A DNA stretch of 64,000 bases, taken from the NCBI GenBank assembly GCA_052035405.1, contig JBPOHQ010000008.1, positions 32,893 through 96,892 of the forward strand, read 5' to 3'. How positions within the stretch are numbered: the first letter of the stretch is position 1; the number at the start of each line of letters is the position of its first letter. Below are positions 44,980-56,074 of the stretch, in pieces. The DNA comes from Candidatus Nomurabacteria bacterium (GTDB taxonomy: Bacteria > Patescibacteriota > Minisyncoccia > Phycocordibacterales > UBA9973). A program made the translations under genes and the position numbers. The notes beneath the pieces were generated by a model. That model was not told where the DNA came from, ran no database searches, and worked only from the letters and a program-made list of their open reading frames with translations.

Positions 44980-45222
44980 GGGGCTTATACCAGCCTATAA
45001 AAACAAACCACTATATTTTGAGGCTCAATTTCCGGATAAAAAGGGCGGTAATATCAAGTTTTTTCTTTAGTGAAATGTGTTTCGAAAACATATGTGGAGT
45101 ATTCCTATAAACCAATTTGAATAAATTTTTAAAATGTAGAACAACCTCAATATATCAGATATATTAAGGTTTGTCTATTTTGGTATTTTTTGTTTTTAGG
45201 ATATTTCCTGTTTAAAAAAGTA

Positions 45223-45828
45223 TTATTCGGAGACTTTTGCAAGAGGGGTCTTTGATTTGTTGACTATTTCGTCTACAATACCGTATTTTTTAGCTTCGCT
45301 GGCGTCCATCCAATTGTCTCTCTCTACGTCTTTTTCTATAGTAGCCAATTTCTGTCCAGTATTTTTAGCTAAAATGTCATTTAATTGAGCTCGTAGTTTC
45401 AATATGTGCTTGGCAGAAATTTCGATATCTGTAGCTTGACCATCAGCACCACCATGTGGTTGGTGAATCATAACTTCTGAATTAGGTAAGGCAAACCTTT
45501 TACCCTTAGCACCGCCAGCAAGCAGGAACGCACCCATTGAAGCTGCCATGCCTACGCAGATAGTAGAAACATCTGGCTTTACAAACTGCATTGTGTCATA
45601 GATAGCCAAACCAGCTGATACGGAACCACCTGGTGAATTTATATATAAATAAATATCTTTTTTAGCATCTTCGTTAGCCAAGAAAAGTATTTGTGCAATA
45701 ACAATATTGGCTACATGGTCATCTATTGGACCACCTAGAAATATGATACGATCTCGTAGTAGGCGAGAGTATATATCATAAGCCCGTTCGCCAAATTGTG
45801 ATTTTTCTATAACTGTTGGTATTAACAT
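45223..45828 (-). CDS. clpP: ATP-dependent Clp protease proteolytic subunit
   Basis: [21 protein letters not shown], catalytic Ser and His context MIHQPHGG. Confidence 0.95.
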   Translation of the reverse strand: MLIPTVIEKSQFGERAYDIYSRLLRDRIIFLGGPIDDHVANIVIAQILFLANEDAKKDIYLYINSPGGSVSAGLAIYDTMQFVKPDVSTICVGMAASMGAFLLAGGAKGKRFALPNSEVMIHQPHGGADGQATDIEISAKHILKLRAQLNDILAKNTGQKLATIEKDVERDNWMDASEAKKYGIVDEIVNKSKTPLAKVSE

Positions 45829-45892
45829 TCTTATATAATATATCTCTCAAACATTTTGCACAAGTTGTCTCTGTTTATATGAATGTAAATTT

Positions 45893-45921
45893 AAAAATCC
45901 TCCAGAATATGGAGGATTTTT
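45893..45921. terminator. Intrinsic terminator between tig and clpP (tcctcca-gaata-tggagga flanked by A-run and T-run)
   Basis: Read directly. Confidence 0.7.
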
Positions 45922-45934
45922 AAATAAAGTCACC

Positions 45935-46996
45935 TTATTGGATTTCTAAGAATTGAAATATCTTTTCGTTAGTTAAGATATTTTCTGCGTGAATAGTAGC
46001 TCTTTCTCGATCTGCATCTTTGTAGTGCTCTAATATATGATTAACTTCTTTTTCTACTTCAGCTTCATCTGCGACAATATTTTCTGTTTGAGATATTTTG
46101 TGAAGTACGAGACCGAGTTTTGCTTTTTTCTCAGCGTCATTTCTAAATTCTCCTTTTAAATCCTCAACAGTTTTGTTTAAATGCTTAAGGTAGTCTTCAA
46201 ATTTTAATCCCATTTGAGTTATGTCTGATTCCATTCTGTAAAGAATTTTATTGAGTTCAAGGTTAATCAGTACTTCAGGAACTTCTATCTTTGATTCGTC
46301 TATTATTTTTTCAACTATCTTCAGTCTATTTTTTTCTTTTGCAAGGTTTCCTTTTTCTAGGATAAGGTTTTCTTTTAGTTTTTCTTTAAAGTCAGCGACG
46401 TTTGCAAAGGGTCCCATTGATTGAACAAATTCATCTGTAAGTTCTGGTAGCTCTGGTTCTTTATTTTTTTCTTCTTCTGAAAGTTCAACTCCTTCTGTTA
46501 TGTGCTTCTTCGGAGTTCTAGATTTCTGAATGTCTTTTATGGTGTTTTCTAGTTCTTCGTCTGTAACAGTTATGTTCTTTTCCTCTGGTGTGATGCTTGA
46601 ATTGATATCTTTTGCAATTTTTTTGTAGTCGGGAAGAGTTACTTCTGGAATTGTTGCTGTTTTAATCTTAAATCCTAATGGATTATTTCTCCCTAGTTTA
46701 GTGATGGCTATTTCTGGTCTATCGATAACATCGAGCTTGTGTTCCTCAATCATTTTTGGATAGTGTTCACCGAGAGCGAGTTCTGCCATTTCTTCTAAAA
46801 TACTTATTTCAGGAATTTTTGAAATCATGATGTTTTCTGGAACTTTTCCTTTTCTAAAACCATCAATTTCTAAGTTTTTACCTAGATTTTCTAAAGCTTT
46901 TTTATAGTAAGATTCAAAGACGGTGGTCTCTATTTCTCCTTCAATTTCTATCTCACTTTTTGGTAATTTAGTTATTTTTATGTTCACAGTACTCAT
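45935..46996 (-). CDS. tig: Trigger factor (short form, apparently lacking the PPIase domain)
   Basis: Ribosome-binding signature IDGFRKGKVP in the N-terminal domain. Confidence 0.7.
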   Translation of the reverse strand: MSTVNIKITKLPKSEIEIEGEIETTVFESYYKKALENLGKNLEIDGFRKGKVPENIMISKIPEISILEEMAELALGEHYPKMIEEHKLDVIDRPEIAITKLGRNNPLGFKIKTATIPEVTLPDYKKIAKDINSSITPEEKNITVTDEELENTIKDIQKSRTPKKHITEGVELSEEEKNKEPELPELTDEFVQSMGPFANVADFKEKLKENLILEKGNLAKEKNRLKIVEKIIDESKIEVPEVLINLELNKILYRMESDITQMGLKFEDYLKHLNKTVEDLKGEFRNDAEKKAKLGLVLHKISQTENIVADEAEVEKEVNHILEHYKDADRERATIHAENILTNEKIFQFLEIQ

Positions 46997-47079
46997 ATAA
47001 GGGTATAATTGTATTTATTTCTAATAAGTACAGTAAATATATCTTTTTATTCTTATTTTGTCTATTTTTGATCTAAAAT

Positions 47080-47110
47080 AAAAAATCCACTCTAGTAGAG
47101 TGGATTTTTA
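47080..47110. terminator. Intrinsic terminator (atccactc-tagta-gagtggat followed by TTTT) downstream of the 47124 gene
   Basis: Read directly. Confidence 0.65.
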
Positions 47111-47123
47111 AAAAGATAACGGG

Positions 47124-47384
47124 TTACTGAATTGTTTCTACATCAACAGCAGTGTCAGTACTGTTAGTGTTATTCATGTCTTGTTCTAGGATTGTAAGTT
47201 CATCATATGCTTTAATCGCCGCAGCTTCTTCGCTAGAATTTGCTGTGGTGTTTTGTTCTTCTGCTGTCTCTGGTTTGTCTAATTTAGTCATCCATACGTA
47301 GATACCGCCAATAATTAATACAAGTACGACGATGATTGATCCGATTAATGCACCATTTGATTTTTTTTCCATTGTTGGTTCCAT
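47124..47384 (-). CDS. Small single-TM hypothetical protein
   Basis: ALIGSIIVVLVLIIGGIYVW. Confidence 0.4.
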   Translation of the reverse strand: MEPTMEKKSNGALIGSIIVVLVLIIGGIYVWMTKLDKPETAEEQNTTANSSEEAAAIKAYDELTILEQDMNNTNSTDTAVDVETIQ

Positions 47385-47415
47385 ATAATTTTTAGATTAA
47401 TTAAATTAATAATTT

Positions 47416-48150
47416 TTATTGATTCGCAGTAGCGTTTACGTTTGCATTAGTGTTTGCATTTACTTCAGATGTTGCTCTTTTTGCTTTTACAGAGTCCTTT
47501 AAAGCTTTCACTGCGTCATTTAACGTCTTGTAAGAATCTTTAAGGAGGTTTTCAGCATCAGTAATCATTGTCTTGAGTTTTGTTTTATTCTCCCCTTTAA
47601 TTTCATCTGTTGATGCTGCAAGCATTGTATGAATTTCAAGTACTTTTGTTTTTGCTTCTTCTAATTTAGTGTGAGCAGTATTAACATGAGTTTGTGCAAG
47701 AGTAGTGTCTATGCCAAGTTCTGCTACTTTATCCATTTGTACATTGACGCGACCTTCAAAAGTTGCAACTCTTTCTATTGCTAAATCAAATCGGATTAAT
47801 GCTTGCTCTCTACTCTTAAGTCTCTCTTCTTTTATTTTAGCTGTTGCTTTGTTTGTTTCTGCCTTTATCTTTGCTTTTAGAGCATCCATTTTAGCTGCTG
47901 CTTGTGCTCGAAGTATATCTATCTTACTTTTGACTTCTCCTTTGATTTCCTCTTTTTCGGTGCTGGTACCGAGATTTTGATCTAACGGTTTTGCATCTCG
48001 AATCATTCCATCTTGACCAACAATCCCTTGTTTTACAGAAGTTGTTGCAGTTGCGGAACCTTTTACGCTTGTTGAAAGCTCTGCTTGTGCTGCACTAACT
48101 CCAGTAGACAAGAACCCAACAATAACTAAAAATCCTAAATATTTTTTCAT
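47416..48150 (-). CDS. Secreted coiled-coil hypothetical protein
   Basis: Signal peptide ending AAQA; K/A/E-rich heptad-like sequence. Confidence 0.45.
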   Translation of the reverse strand: MKKYLGFLVIVGFLSTGVSAAQAELSTSVKGSATATTSVKQGIVGQDGMIRDAKPLDQNLGTSTEKEEIKGEVKSKIDILRAQAAAKMDALKAKIKAETNKATAKIKEERLKSREQALIRFDLAIERVATFEGRVNVQMDKVAELGIDTTLAQTHVNTAHTKLEEAKTKVLEIHTMLAASTDEIKGENKTKLKTMITDAENLLKDSYKTLNDAVKALKDSVKAKRATSEVNANTNANVNATANQ

Positions 48151-48264
48151 AATTTTTTAATATTAAATTTAATAATCTGACCTATACTATAGTATACCCT
48201 TTAAACAAAAATCACCCAAAGCAGTTTGGATGATTTTTGTGGATAGATAACTTATATTTCGCTT

Positions 48265-48852
48265 TTATTCTTCAAATTTTGATAGATATTGGGTTTTATA
48301 TCTTTCCTGGCATTCCTTGATTATTTTCATAGCTTCTTCTTTTCCGAAGAAGCCTAATACTTTACAGGTTCCAGGTTTTTTAAGGTCTTTATAGTGTTCA
48401 AAATAATGCTCTGTTTCTTTTTCCCAGTGACCTCCAAGTTCTTCAAAAGAGTTAATGTGGTCCATTCTTTTGTCGTCTGCTAATACAGTGATGATCTTGT
48501 CGTCTCTTTCTCCTCCATCTTCGAACTTCATTACTCCGATTACTCGAAGCTCAGCGAGAGATCCAGGTACAAGGGGTTCTGTAACATTCGCAATTACCAA
48601 ATCAAGCATATCATTATCTTGGTCCCAGGTTTGTGGAATAAGTCCGTATGCTACAGGGTATGCAAGAGATGAATACCCAACTCGGTCTAATTTGAGCTGT
48701 CCAGATTCAGTAATGAATTCGTATTTATTAATAGAATTAGAATTAATTTCTATGAGTCCGTTAACGATACCTTTTGATTCGTCTACATAAGATTCAAGTA
48801 CATGTTGTAAATTCAACATGAATTTTGAAGGTTTGTGATGTATATTTGCCAT
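48265..48852 (-). CDS. ppa: Inorganic pyrophosphatase (family I)
   Basis: DNDMLDLVI, EDGGERDDKIITVLADD, and EHYKDL near the C-terminus. Confidence 0.9.
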   Translation of the reverse strand: MANIHHKPSKFMLNLQHVLESYVDESKGIVNGLIEINSNSINKYEFITESGQLKLDRVGYSSLAYPVAYGLIPQTWDQDNDMLDLVIANVTEPLVPGSLAELRVIGVMKFEDGGERDDKIITVLADDKRMDHINSFEELGGHWEKETEHYFEHYKDLKKPGTCKVLGFFGKEEAMKIIKECQERYKTQYLSKFEE

Positions 48853-48875
48853 ATAATGTAATTATAGTCTTATTA

Positions 48876-50045
48876 TTATTTAGCTTCAACTTCTTCACCC
48901 ATATCCACTTCGTCTCCGTCGGTTGATACAACATCTGCACCGTTACCTTTGATGTCAATTCTCCAACCAGTGAGCTTTGCAGCAAGACGGACATTTTGTC
49001 CTCCTTTTCCGATTGCGAGTGAAAGTTGATCTTCGGTAACTTCTACTACAGCTTTGTGTTCTTTTTCGTCTATTTCAATAGAAGTTACTTTTGCAGGAGA
49101 CAAAGAGTTTGAGACAAGCACTTTTGGATCATCTGACCAAGGAATAATGTCTATTTTTTCACCACCGAGTTCGTTTGTGATTGTGTTTACTCGTGTACCT
49201 TTTTGTCCGACACAAGATCCTACTGGATCAATGTGATCATCATTTGAAAATACTGCAATTTTACTTCGTGCACCAGCTTCACGGGCTATAGATTTTATTT
49301 CTACTACTCCATTTTCTATTTCTGGAGCTTCAACAGCGAAAAGTTTCTCAATAAATTTTGGATGAGTTCTTGAGAGTCTTAGGTTGATTCCTCTTGGTGT
49401 GTCTTCTACAGAATATAGGTAAGCACGCAATCTTTGTCCACGAGCAAAATGCTCTCCTGGAATCTGTTCTTCTACTGGGAGTATGCCTGTAGCACGATTA
49501 AAATCAATATATACATTACCTCTTTCTATTTTTTGTACTATACCAGAAATAACTTCTCCTTCTTTTGTGCCATATTCATCAATAATTGAGTTTCTCTCAG
49601 CTTCACGAATTCTTTGAATGATAACTTGTTTCGCTGTTTGTGCTGCAATACGTCCATAATCTTCTTTATCCTCAAGAGGAAAGATGATTTCATCGTTTAA
49701 TTCAGCACCTTTTTTGATTTTCTTAGCATCTTCAAGAAGTATATGGTGTTCAGGATTGAAACGTACTCGTTCATCTCCGTCTTCTTTAATAGAATATTCT
49801 TCGTCTTCATCTGCCATATCCATACGTGCGATACTTTCATCGACAACGATTTTAACCTGGAAAAAGTCAGTTTTTCCTGTTTCGAGGTCAAATTTTGCAC
49901 GAACTATTTGTCCTTTCTTTCCGTAATCTTTCTTGTATGCTGCGGCCATTGCTTGTTCGATGGCATCTAATATTTTTTCTTTTGGAATTTTTCTCTCTTC
50001 CTCTAGCTGTTCCAATGCTGATTTAAATGTTTTTATGTCTAACAT
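48876..50045 (-). CDS. nusA: Transcription termination/antitermination factor NusA
   Basis: N-terminal domain, S1, two KH (AIGKGGQNVRLAAKLTGWRIDIK). Confidence 0.9.
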   Translation of the reverse strand: MLDIKTFKSALEQLEEERKIPKEKILDAIEQAMAAAYKKDYGKKGQIVRAKFDLETGKTDFFQVKIVVDESIARMDMADEDEEYSIKEDGDERVRFNPEHHILLEDAKKIKKGAELNDEIIFPLEDKEDYGRIAAQTAKQVIIQRIREAERNSIIDEYGTKEGEVISGIVQKIERGNVYIDFNRATGILPVEEQIPGEHFARGQRLRAYLYSVEDTPRGINLRLSRTHPKFIEKLFAVEAPEIENGVVEIKSIAREAGARSKIAVFSNDDHIDPVGSCVGQKGTRVNTITNELGGEKIDIIPWSDDPKVLVSNSLSPAKVTSIEIDEKEHKAVVEVTEDQLSLAIGKGGQNVRLAAKLTGWRIDIKGNGADVVSTDGDEVDMGEEVEAK

Positions 50046-50213
50046 ATATTTAATTGTTATTTAATTTTTAATTTTTCGACTATTAAATTTTTTAATTCTC
50101 ATCATTTTTATCTGATTAAGAAAAAATAAAAGCCCCGGTTTGACAGGACTTGTATATTTCAAAGTATATCATATCTTATCCACAGGTCAAATTAACTTCC
50201 TCAAAAACATATT

Positions 50214-50549
50214 ATGTTGTATAATTCTCGTATGTCTAGGCAAAATATTATTTTGTTACTTTCACTACTAATCATTTTAGTGATTTTTGCCAGTTTTTAT
50301 TTTTATAAAAAAAGTAAAGATACGTATGTTCCTCCAGTTGTAGAACAAACTCCCTTAGAAAAGAAAGAAGCAGCTGAAAGAGAAGAATTAAAGAAAATAA
50401 ATACATCGGTAAAGCCAGTAGAGCCAAAACAAGAAGAAAAAATGCGTAACGAGCTTGAAGAGTTTCAGCCTGCTCCATCTGCCAATACTCTGAGTGAAGA
50501 AGATATGAGAAAGGCTCTTTTGGAACTTAATTCACCGTCTAATCCTTAG
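50214..50549 (+). CDS. Hypothetical membrane-anchored protein
   Basis: TM IILLLSLLIILVIFASFYFY. Confidence 0.4.
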   Translation: MLYNSRMSRQNIILLLSLLIILVIFASFYFYKKSKDTYVPPVVEQTPLEKKEAAEREELKKINTSVKPVEPKQEEKMRNELEEFQPAPSANTLSEEDMRKALLELNSPSNP

Positions 50550-50556
50550 TTAAAAA

Positions 50557-52131
50557 ATGCAAAAATATTTTAAAAAATTTTTAAGTTTGGGATTTATAAC
50601 AGTATTTGCTTTTATTGCTGTTTCTTATTCCATTCCAGCTAAGGGTAGTGTAACAGACAATGTATCTGGTTTTGCTTGGGAGGCAAATGACTGGGTGGAT
50701 AAAAATAGTAATGGAGTTGTAGATGTAAACGAAGATATGACTGAACCTGGTGGAACAGGATGGATATCTTTCAATTGTACATCTGATGTGTCTGGAACTT
50801 GTGGTTCTTCTGATTACGGTGTAACAATCAATCCAACTACAGGGGACATCACTGGTTATGCTTGGTCTTCAAACTATGGATGGCTTAAATTTGGTGGACA
50901 CTCTGGGTTCCCTACAGGTGGAGGTACGGTAGCAGAAAATGCAAAGATAAACTTTAGTTCAGGTACCGCTAATGCGAGACCAATGACAGGCTGGGCACGT
51001 TTTTGTGCTGTATATTCATCTGGTTGTGACGGAGCCCTAGCTCCTAGTTCAGTCCGTGGAGGCTGGGATGGCTGGGTGAGCTTTTCTGGAACAGCTCCTA
51101 CCTATGGTGTAACTTTAAATACTTCGGTAACCCCAAATGTTTTCAGTGGTTATGCTTGGGGAGGAAATGGTGGTTCTGGTAATATAGGTAAAAACGTTGT
51201 TGGTTGGATATCTTTCAATTGTGCAAGTGGTGGCAACTGTGGAACTTCAGACTATAAAGTCTCATATAATCCACCTGGAACACCCACTGTAGATATTCAA
51301 GCTACTCCTGTTGCTGGTGGTGCAACAACTCTTTCTTGGACAGGTTCAAACTTAGCTTCAGGTAACTCTTGTGTTGGTAGTCAAACTGGACCAAGCTCTA
51401 CGAGTTGGACTGGGTCTCACCCTTCTCCATCAGGGTCTTTCCCTCTATCAGGCTTAGTTGATGGAACCTATGTATTCACTATAACTTGTGCGGGTAATCC
51501 TTTTGGTTCTGCAGTGGACAATGTTACTGTGGTGGTGGGTGCTGGGCTTGATTTGTACGCAGACTCTCTTACAGTGTTTGCACCTAGCTATCAGACCACT
51601 CTTCACTGGGATTCTGTTCCTTCTGGTTACCCTTTAACAAACTGTACTCCTAGTAGTAATCCAGCTGTGGCTGCGTGGGATAATTTAGCACCTTGGAACA
51701 TACCTCCAGCCGGATCTTTTGTAGTAACAGTACCTCCAGCTTCGAATCCTACTCGTTTTACACTTACTTGTTATGATAACGGAACTCCTATTGTTAAATT
51801 TGTTGACTTAAATAGAGGTTCTCTCAGTGAAGTTGTAAATCTTTCAAGTACTGCTGTTGTGAATAATTTAACTACTCTTTCTTATTCTTTTACTAACATT
51901 GATGAAAATACTTGTGTAGCTACTTCTAATCCATTAGTAAAGAGTTGGGATGGTAGATTTGAGATACCTCCTCCATATTCTCTTTCAGATGTCGCAGTTC
52001 CAGCTGGAGTAGATACAACGTATACATTAACCTGTATTGGTACTCAGACAGGAAATTCTATATCAGATAGCATAACCTTAAATGAAAATAGTGGAAATAC
52101 TGGTACACCGCCACAATATATCGAAAATTAA
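50557..52131 (+). CDS. Secreted hypothetical protein with internal repeats (GYAW..N.GWISFNC.S...CG.SDY..)
   Basis: Signal peptide; the motif recurs about three times. Confidence 0.5.
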   Translation: MQKYFKKFLSLGFITVFAFIAVSYSIPAKGSVTDNVSGFAWEANDWVDKNSNGVVDVNEDMTEPGGTGWISFNCTSDVSGTCGSSDYGVTINPTTGDITGYAWSSNYGWLKFGGHSGFPTGGGTVAENAKINFSSGTANARPMTGWARFCAVYSSGCDGALAPSSVRGGWDGWVSFSGTAPTYGVTLNTSVTPNVFSGYAWGGNGGSGNIGKNVVGWISFNCASGGNCGTSDYKVSYNPPGTPTVDIQATPVAGGATTLSWTGSNLASGNSCVGSQTGPSSTSWTGSHPSPSGSFPLSGLVDGTYVFTITCAGNPFGSAVDNVTVVVGAGLDLYADSLTVFAPSYQTTLHWDSVPSGYPLTNCTPSSNPAVAAWDNLAPWNIPPAGSFVVTVPPASNPTRFTLTCYDNGTPIVKFVDLNRGSLSEVVNLSSTAVVNNLTTLSYSFTNIDENTCVATSNPLVKSWDGRFEIPPPYSLSDVAVPAGVDTTYTLTCIGTQTGNSISDSITLNENSGNTGTPPQYIEN

Positions 52132-52183
52132 AATTATAAGTAACATTAAAAATTAACATTATCAACACAATTACCAAATTATT

Positions 52184-55100
52184 ATGAATTTAAAAAATAA
52201 CAACACAATAAAAACTTTATTAAAATCATTTTTCTTCTTAGCTTTAATTGCAGTGTCTATAAATGCAGTTGCTGTTTGGCAAGCACCGACAGCTGTACCT
52301 ACTTCTGGAAACGTTGCAACTCCGATAAACTCAGGTACTGATGCCCAGATAAAAAATGGTGGCTTGACCGTAGGATTTTTCCAGTCCAATGGTGTTTCTG
52401 TGTTGTCTGGTAGTGTTGATATTGGTGGCACTTTGACTATCTCGAGTGGTACTCCCGGAGCAAACAAGGTTCTGACTTCAAATGCCTCAGGCGTTGCTAC
52501 ATGGCAAACGCCGGCAGTGACAGGAGCTCCACTTAGTGCTTCTTTTATAACTCAAACAGCAGATGCTAGTTTGACTAACGAACAAGCTCTTGCAACACTA
52601 GGTACAGGATTACTTAAAAATACGACAGGTACAGGGGTGTTATCTATTGCAACTCCTGGTACAGATTATTATAATTCAGCGTCTTTTAACCTCACAGGTC
52701 CAGTAACTTCAGTTGGACTAGCTACTGCAATCACAGATGGAGCTATTGTAACAGCAGATTTAGCAAACAGTGCAGTAACCATAGCTAAGATAAGTGCTAC
52801 AGGAACTCCTTCTGCTACTACATATCTACGAGGTGATGGTACTTGGTCAACTCCTGCTGGAGGCGGAGGTGGAGGAGCTCTCTCTGATGGAGATTATGGT
52901 GATATCACAGTGACTGGTTCTGGAGGAATTTGGAATATAGATCCAAGTACTGTGGGCACTACTGAAATTGTAGATAATGCGATAAATAACCCTAAAATAC
53001 TTGATAATGCAGTAACAAATTCAAAAATTATAAATGGTGCCGTGACTATAAGTAAAATAGGTACCACTTCAGGTACAGCTTCAGCTTCTACTTTCTTACG
53101 AGGTGACGGTACGTGGTCTGCTGGTCCTGTTGGTCCGCAAGGTATACAAGGACCAGCTGGAGCTACTGGTGCCACCGGAGCAACTGGAGCACAGGGTGCA
53201 CAAGGACCTCAAGGTCCCCAAGGCCCTCAGGGACCACAAGGTCCTGCAGGTACAGGAAGTGGTATAGTCGGTCCAGGTACAATAAATCGTCTAGCTAAAT
53301 TTACAGCAACAGATACAGTGGATGATTCTATTATTTGGGACAATGGTACAAATATTGGTATAAATACGGTTGCGGCATCAGACGCACTAAATAGACTTAC
53401 GGTCAGACAGAGTGTAAATGCTACTCCAGCGGTTTTCTCATCTTATGGTTTTGGATTAATGAACCAATCAAGTGTGGAATTGACTCTTGGTGCTGATGCA
53501 AGTAATGCTTATTTACAAAGTTGGAATACAAAGCCATTAGTTATAAATGGTCAAGGAAATAATGTGGGTATTGGCGTAAGTCCAACTACAAAACTGGACG
53601 TTAACGGGGTGGTGAAAGCAACTGGTTTTCAGATAGGTACTTCTTCAACAAGCGGATGGGTTCTTACTACTAATGCTTCTGGAGTTGGTACATGGGCAGC
53701 ATTACCAGCAGCAACACAAGGCAATCTTTCTGGAGACATAACATCTTCAGGTCTTGTAACTAGCTATAATAATACAGTACCTGTAACTAAGGGTGGTACA
53801 GGACTTACTTCAATTGCAGCTAGGTCAATTTGGGTTGCTAACACCGCAAACACAATTACAACTCTTAATCCTGGAGCAGGTCAATCTATACGTATAAACG
53901 CGGCAAACACTGGTTGGGAAGTCTATACTCCTGCTACTGGTAGTGGAAGTGGAACAGTTACTTCAGTCGGACTTACAACAAATACAACAGGTGCGGATAT
54001 TAGTGTTTCTGGTTCACCTATTACTACAAGTGGATCATTTACTCTAAGTATTCCTACGGCTTCTGGTTCAGCTCGTGGTGCTCTGTCTTCTGCTGACTGG
54101 ACGACTTTCAACAATAAGATGTCTAATCCTATGACGACTACAGGAGATGTTATTGTAGGTGGTTCTTCAGGGTCTCCTACAAGGTTGGCTGCTGGTACAG
54201 CAGGACTTGTCCTTAAATCAAACGGACCCGGAGTGGCTCCAAGCTGGCAAGCAGATGCGACAGGTGGTGCGGGAGGAATAACCACTGTTGGTGCTATTGA
54301 TACTCAAACTAAATCAACAAATGGATTAGTCATAAACGGAACAAGTATTTATGCTCAAACAGCAGATTCCTCAAATCCAGGACTTGTTTCTATTTCTGGA
54401 CAGACTTTTTCTGGAGATAAAGCGTTTAACGGTAAGGTTGGTATAAATATGACTACTCCTTCTCGTAACTTGGATGTAACAGGAACTGGTCGTTTTACGG
54501 CTGGGTTTATATCAGTTTCAGGAAACGCAAACAGTACAAGCACTACTACAGTCACAGGTACAAGCACACAATTTACTACTCAATTAAGAATAGGGGATCT
54601 TATTACTATCAGCGGACAAACAAGAAGAGTCACAAACATATCAAACAACACACAACTCACAGTTAACTCTGCTTTTTCTGGAGCAAGCGGTGCTATAAGT
54701 GGATTTGCTCCAATTCTTATGGTTAGATCTTTGAGTGGTAATGAATTAATAGTTGACGCTGGTGGAGACGTAGGAATAGGATTAGGAAATGGTATTCCAA
54801 GTGCAAAGCTTGATGTTCGAGCAACAACTTCAAACCCTGCAGGTATAAATCTTTCACCATGGAGCACTTCAGCTGGAAATACTTCTGAATTAAGATTCTC
54901 TGAACTTACTGCAAATGGTATTAACTTTATAGGATTTAAATCTCCAGACTCTATCTCTACAGATACTACATATGTATGGCCGAGTGCAGTACCTACCGCA
55001 GGTCAAGTCTTAACAGCTGGTGCACCAGTTTCTGGGATTTCTACCTTATCATGGGCTGCTGGAGGAGGAGGTGGTGGTGCTATAAGTGCACTTACTGCGG

Positions 55101-55993
55101 CTACTGTTGCAAATACTATAAACAACTCTGCATGGATGCAAGAATGGCAATGGAATACACTTGGATCTGGAACAGGACTTAAACTTTCTTCTGCATCAAC
55201 AGCCGCACCTGGAGCCACACAAAGACTTTTTGAAATATCAGTTACAGGTACAGGCTCAGGAGGAAGTACTTCAACTGCATCACATGTAACAAACAGTAAG
55301 ACAAACAGTGGAGGCACAAATGTTGCAGGTTACTTCTCTGCATCAGGTGCTACTACCGCTAACTACGCTTTATATGTTGGAGCTGGAGTTATAGGAAATT
55401 TAAATGGAACTGCTGCAGCACCTAGCTATACATTTAGCGGTAGTGCAACTACCGGTATGTGGTCTTCAGCTGTAAACACACTAAACTTCGCAACAGCTGG
55501 TACAAACAGACTAACTATTGATTCTACTGGAGGGGTTACTGCTACAGGTCTTGCAGGTACTGGAGAAAGAAGAGTCTGTGTAGACAGTACGGGTAAATTT
55601 AAAGTATGTGCTTCGGAAATTAATAAGATTATATCTTTTGCACTTAAATATAATGGTGGTACAAGCTTTACCGCAGAGAACACTTCAGTCTTATGGACTG
55701 ATGATCCTACAGATGTCAGTGAAAACGTACTAGTTGTAAGTGCTACAAATCCTAGTACAGGACGTTATTTACTAAATGTCACTTTTGATGGATGGAGCAT
55801 GGATTCTGACGAGATGGTTTCTGCGACGTATGTAGCTCAATCAAACGGTCTACACAAAATGTCTTTGAAAGATGAGGATGGTAATAATAACTTAGAATTT
55901 CAAATATCAAATGACAACGTGCCATCAAATATGGATGTTGGAGATGAATTGTACTTTATTATGCAATGGCCTACTGTTGGTATAAATAACTAG
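52184..55993 (+). CDS. Giant (1269 aa) surface or fibre-like protein with a collagen-like Gly-X-Y tract and Thr/Ser/Gly-rich repeats
   Basis: N-terminal hydrophobic anchor; [45 protein letters not shown]; recurring [17 protein letters not shown] / [17 protein letters not shown] blocks. Confidence 0.6.
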   Translation: MNLKNNNTIKTLLKSFFFLALIAVSINAVAVWQAPTAVPTSGNVATPINSGTDAQIKNGGLTVGFFQSNGVSVLSGSVDIGGTLTISSGTPGANKVLTSNASGVATWQTPAVTGAPLSASFITQTADASLTNEQALATLGTGLLKNTTGTGVLSIATPGTDYYNSASFNLTGPVTSVGLATAITDGAIVTADLANSAVTIAKISATGTPSATTYLRGDGTWSTPAGGGGGGALSDGDYGDITVTGSGGIWNIDPSTVGTTEIVDNAINNPKILDNAVTNSKIINGAVTISKIGTTSGTASASTFLRGDGTWSAGPVGPQGIQGPAGATGATGATGAQGAQGPQGPQGPQGPQGPAGTGSGIVGPGTINRLAKFTATDTVDDSIIWDNGTNIGINTVAASDALNRLTVRQSVNATPAVFSSYGFGLMNQSSVELTLGADASNAYLQSWNTKPLVINGQGNNVGIGVSPTTKLDVNGVVKATGFQIGTSSTSGWVLTTNASGVGTWAALPAATQGNLSGDITSSGLVTSYNNTVPVTKGGTGLTSIAARSIWVANTANTITTLNPGAGQSIRINAANTGWEVYTPATGSGSGTVTSVGLTTNTTGADISVSGSPITTSGSFTLSIPTASGSARGALSSADWTTFNNKMSNPMTTTGDVIVGGSSGSPTRLAAGTAGLVLKSNGPGVAPSWQADATGGAGGITTVGAIDTQTKSTNGLVINGTSIYAQTADSSNPGLVSISGQTFSGDKAFNGKVGINMTTPSRNLDVTGTGRFTAGFISVSGNANSTSTTTVTGTSTQFTTQLRIGDLITISGQTRRVTNISNNTQLTVNSAFSGASGAISGFAPILMVRSLSGNELIVDAGGDVGIGLGNGIPSAKLDVRATTSNPAGINLSPWSTSAGNTSELRFSELTANGINFIGFKSPDSISTDTTYVWPSAVPTAGQVLTAGAPVSGISTLSWAAGGGGGGAISALTAATVANTINNSAWMQEWQWNTLGSGTGLKLSSASTAAPGATQRLFEISVTGTGSGGSTSTASHVTNSKTNSGGTNVAGYFSASGATTANYALYVGAGVIGNLNGTAAAPSYTFSGSATTGMWSSAVNTLNFATAGTNRLTIDSTGGVTATGLAGTGERRVCVDSTGKFKVCASEINKIISFALKYNGGTSFTAENTSVLWTDDPTDVSENVLVVSATNPSTGRYLLNVTFDGWSMDSDEMVSATYVAQSNGLHKMSLKDEDGNNNLEFQISNDNVPSNMDVGDELYFIMQWPTVGINN
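53123..53262 (+). repeat. Collagen-like (G-X-Y)n coding tract within the giant protein
   Basis: About 46 consecutive Gly-X-Y triplets. Confidence 0.8.
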
Positions 55994-56016
55994 TTTTTAT
56001 TTTCTTGGTACAAAAT

Positions 56017-56063
56017 TAACAAAAAAATCCTCTTAAGTTTTATCTTTTGAGGATTTTTTTGTT
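56017..56063 (+). terminator. Hairpin (aaatcctc ... gaggattt) followed by a T-run downstream of the giant protein gene
   Basis: Read directly; large loop, moderate confidence. Confidence 0.45.
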
Positions 56064-56068
56064 ATAAT
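56063..56068 (+). promoter_or_regulatory. -10 hexamer TATAAT 6 nt upstream of the pilB ATG (leaderless arrangement)
   Basis: ttgttataat-atatct-ATG. Confidence 0.4.
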
Positions 56069-56074
56069 ATATCT

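Noticed and set aside
52184-55993. Considered calling the giant collagen-like protein a prophage tail fibre, with the region a prophage
   Set aside because: No other phage genes flank it (no capsid, terminase or integrase). It is flanked by chromosomal nusA/ppa and the pilus genes, so it is treated as a cellular surface or fibre protein with a phage-fibre-like repeat style.
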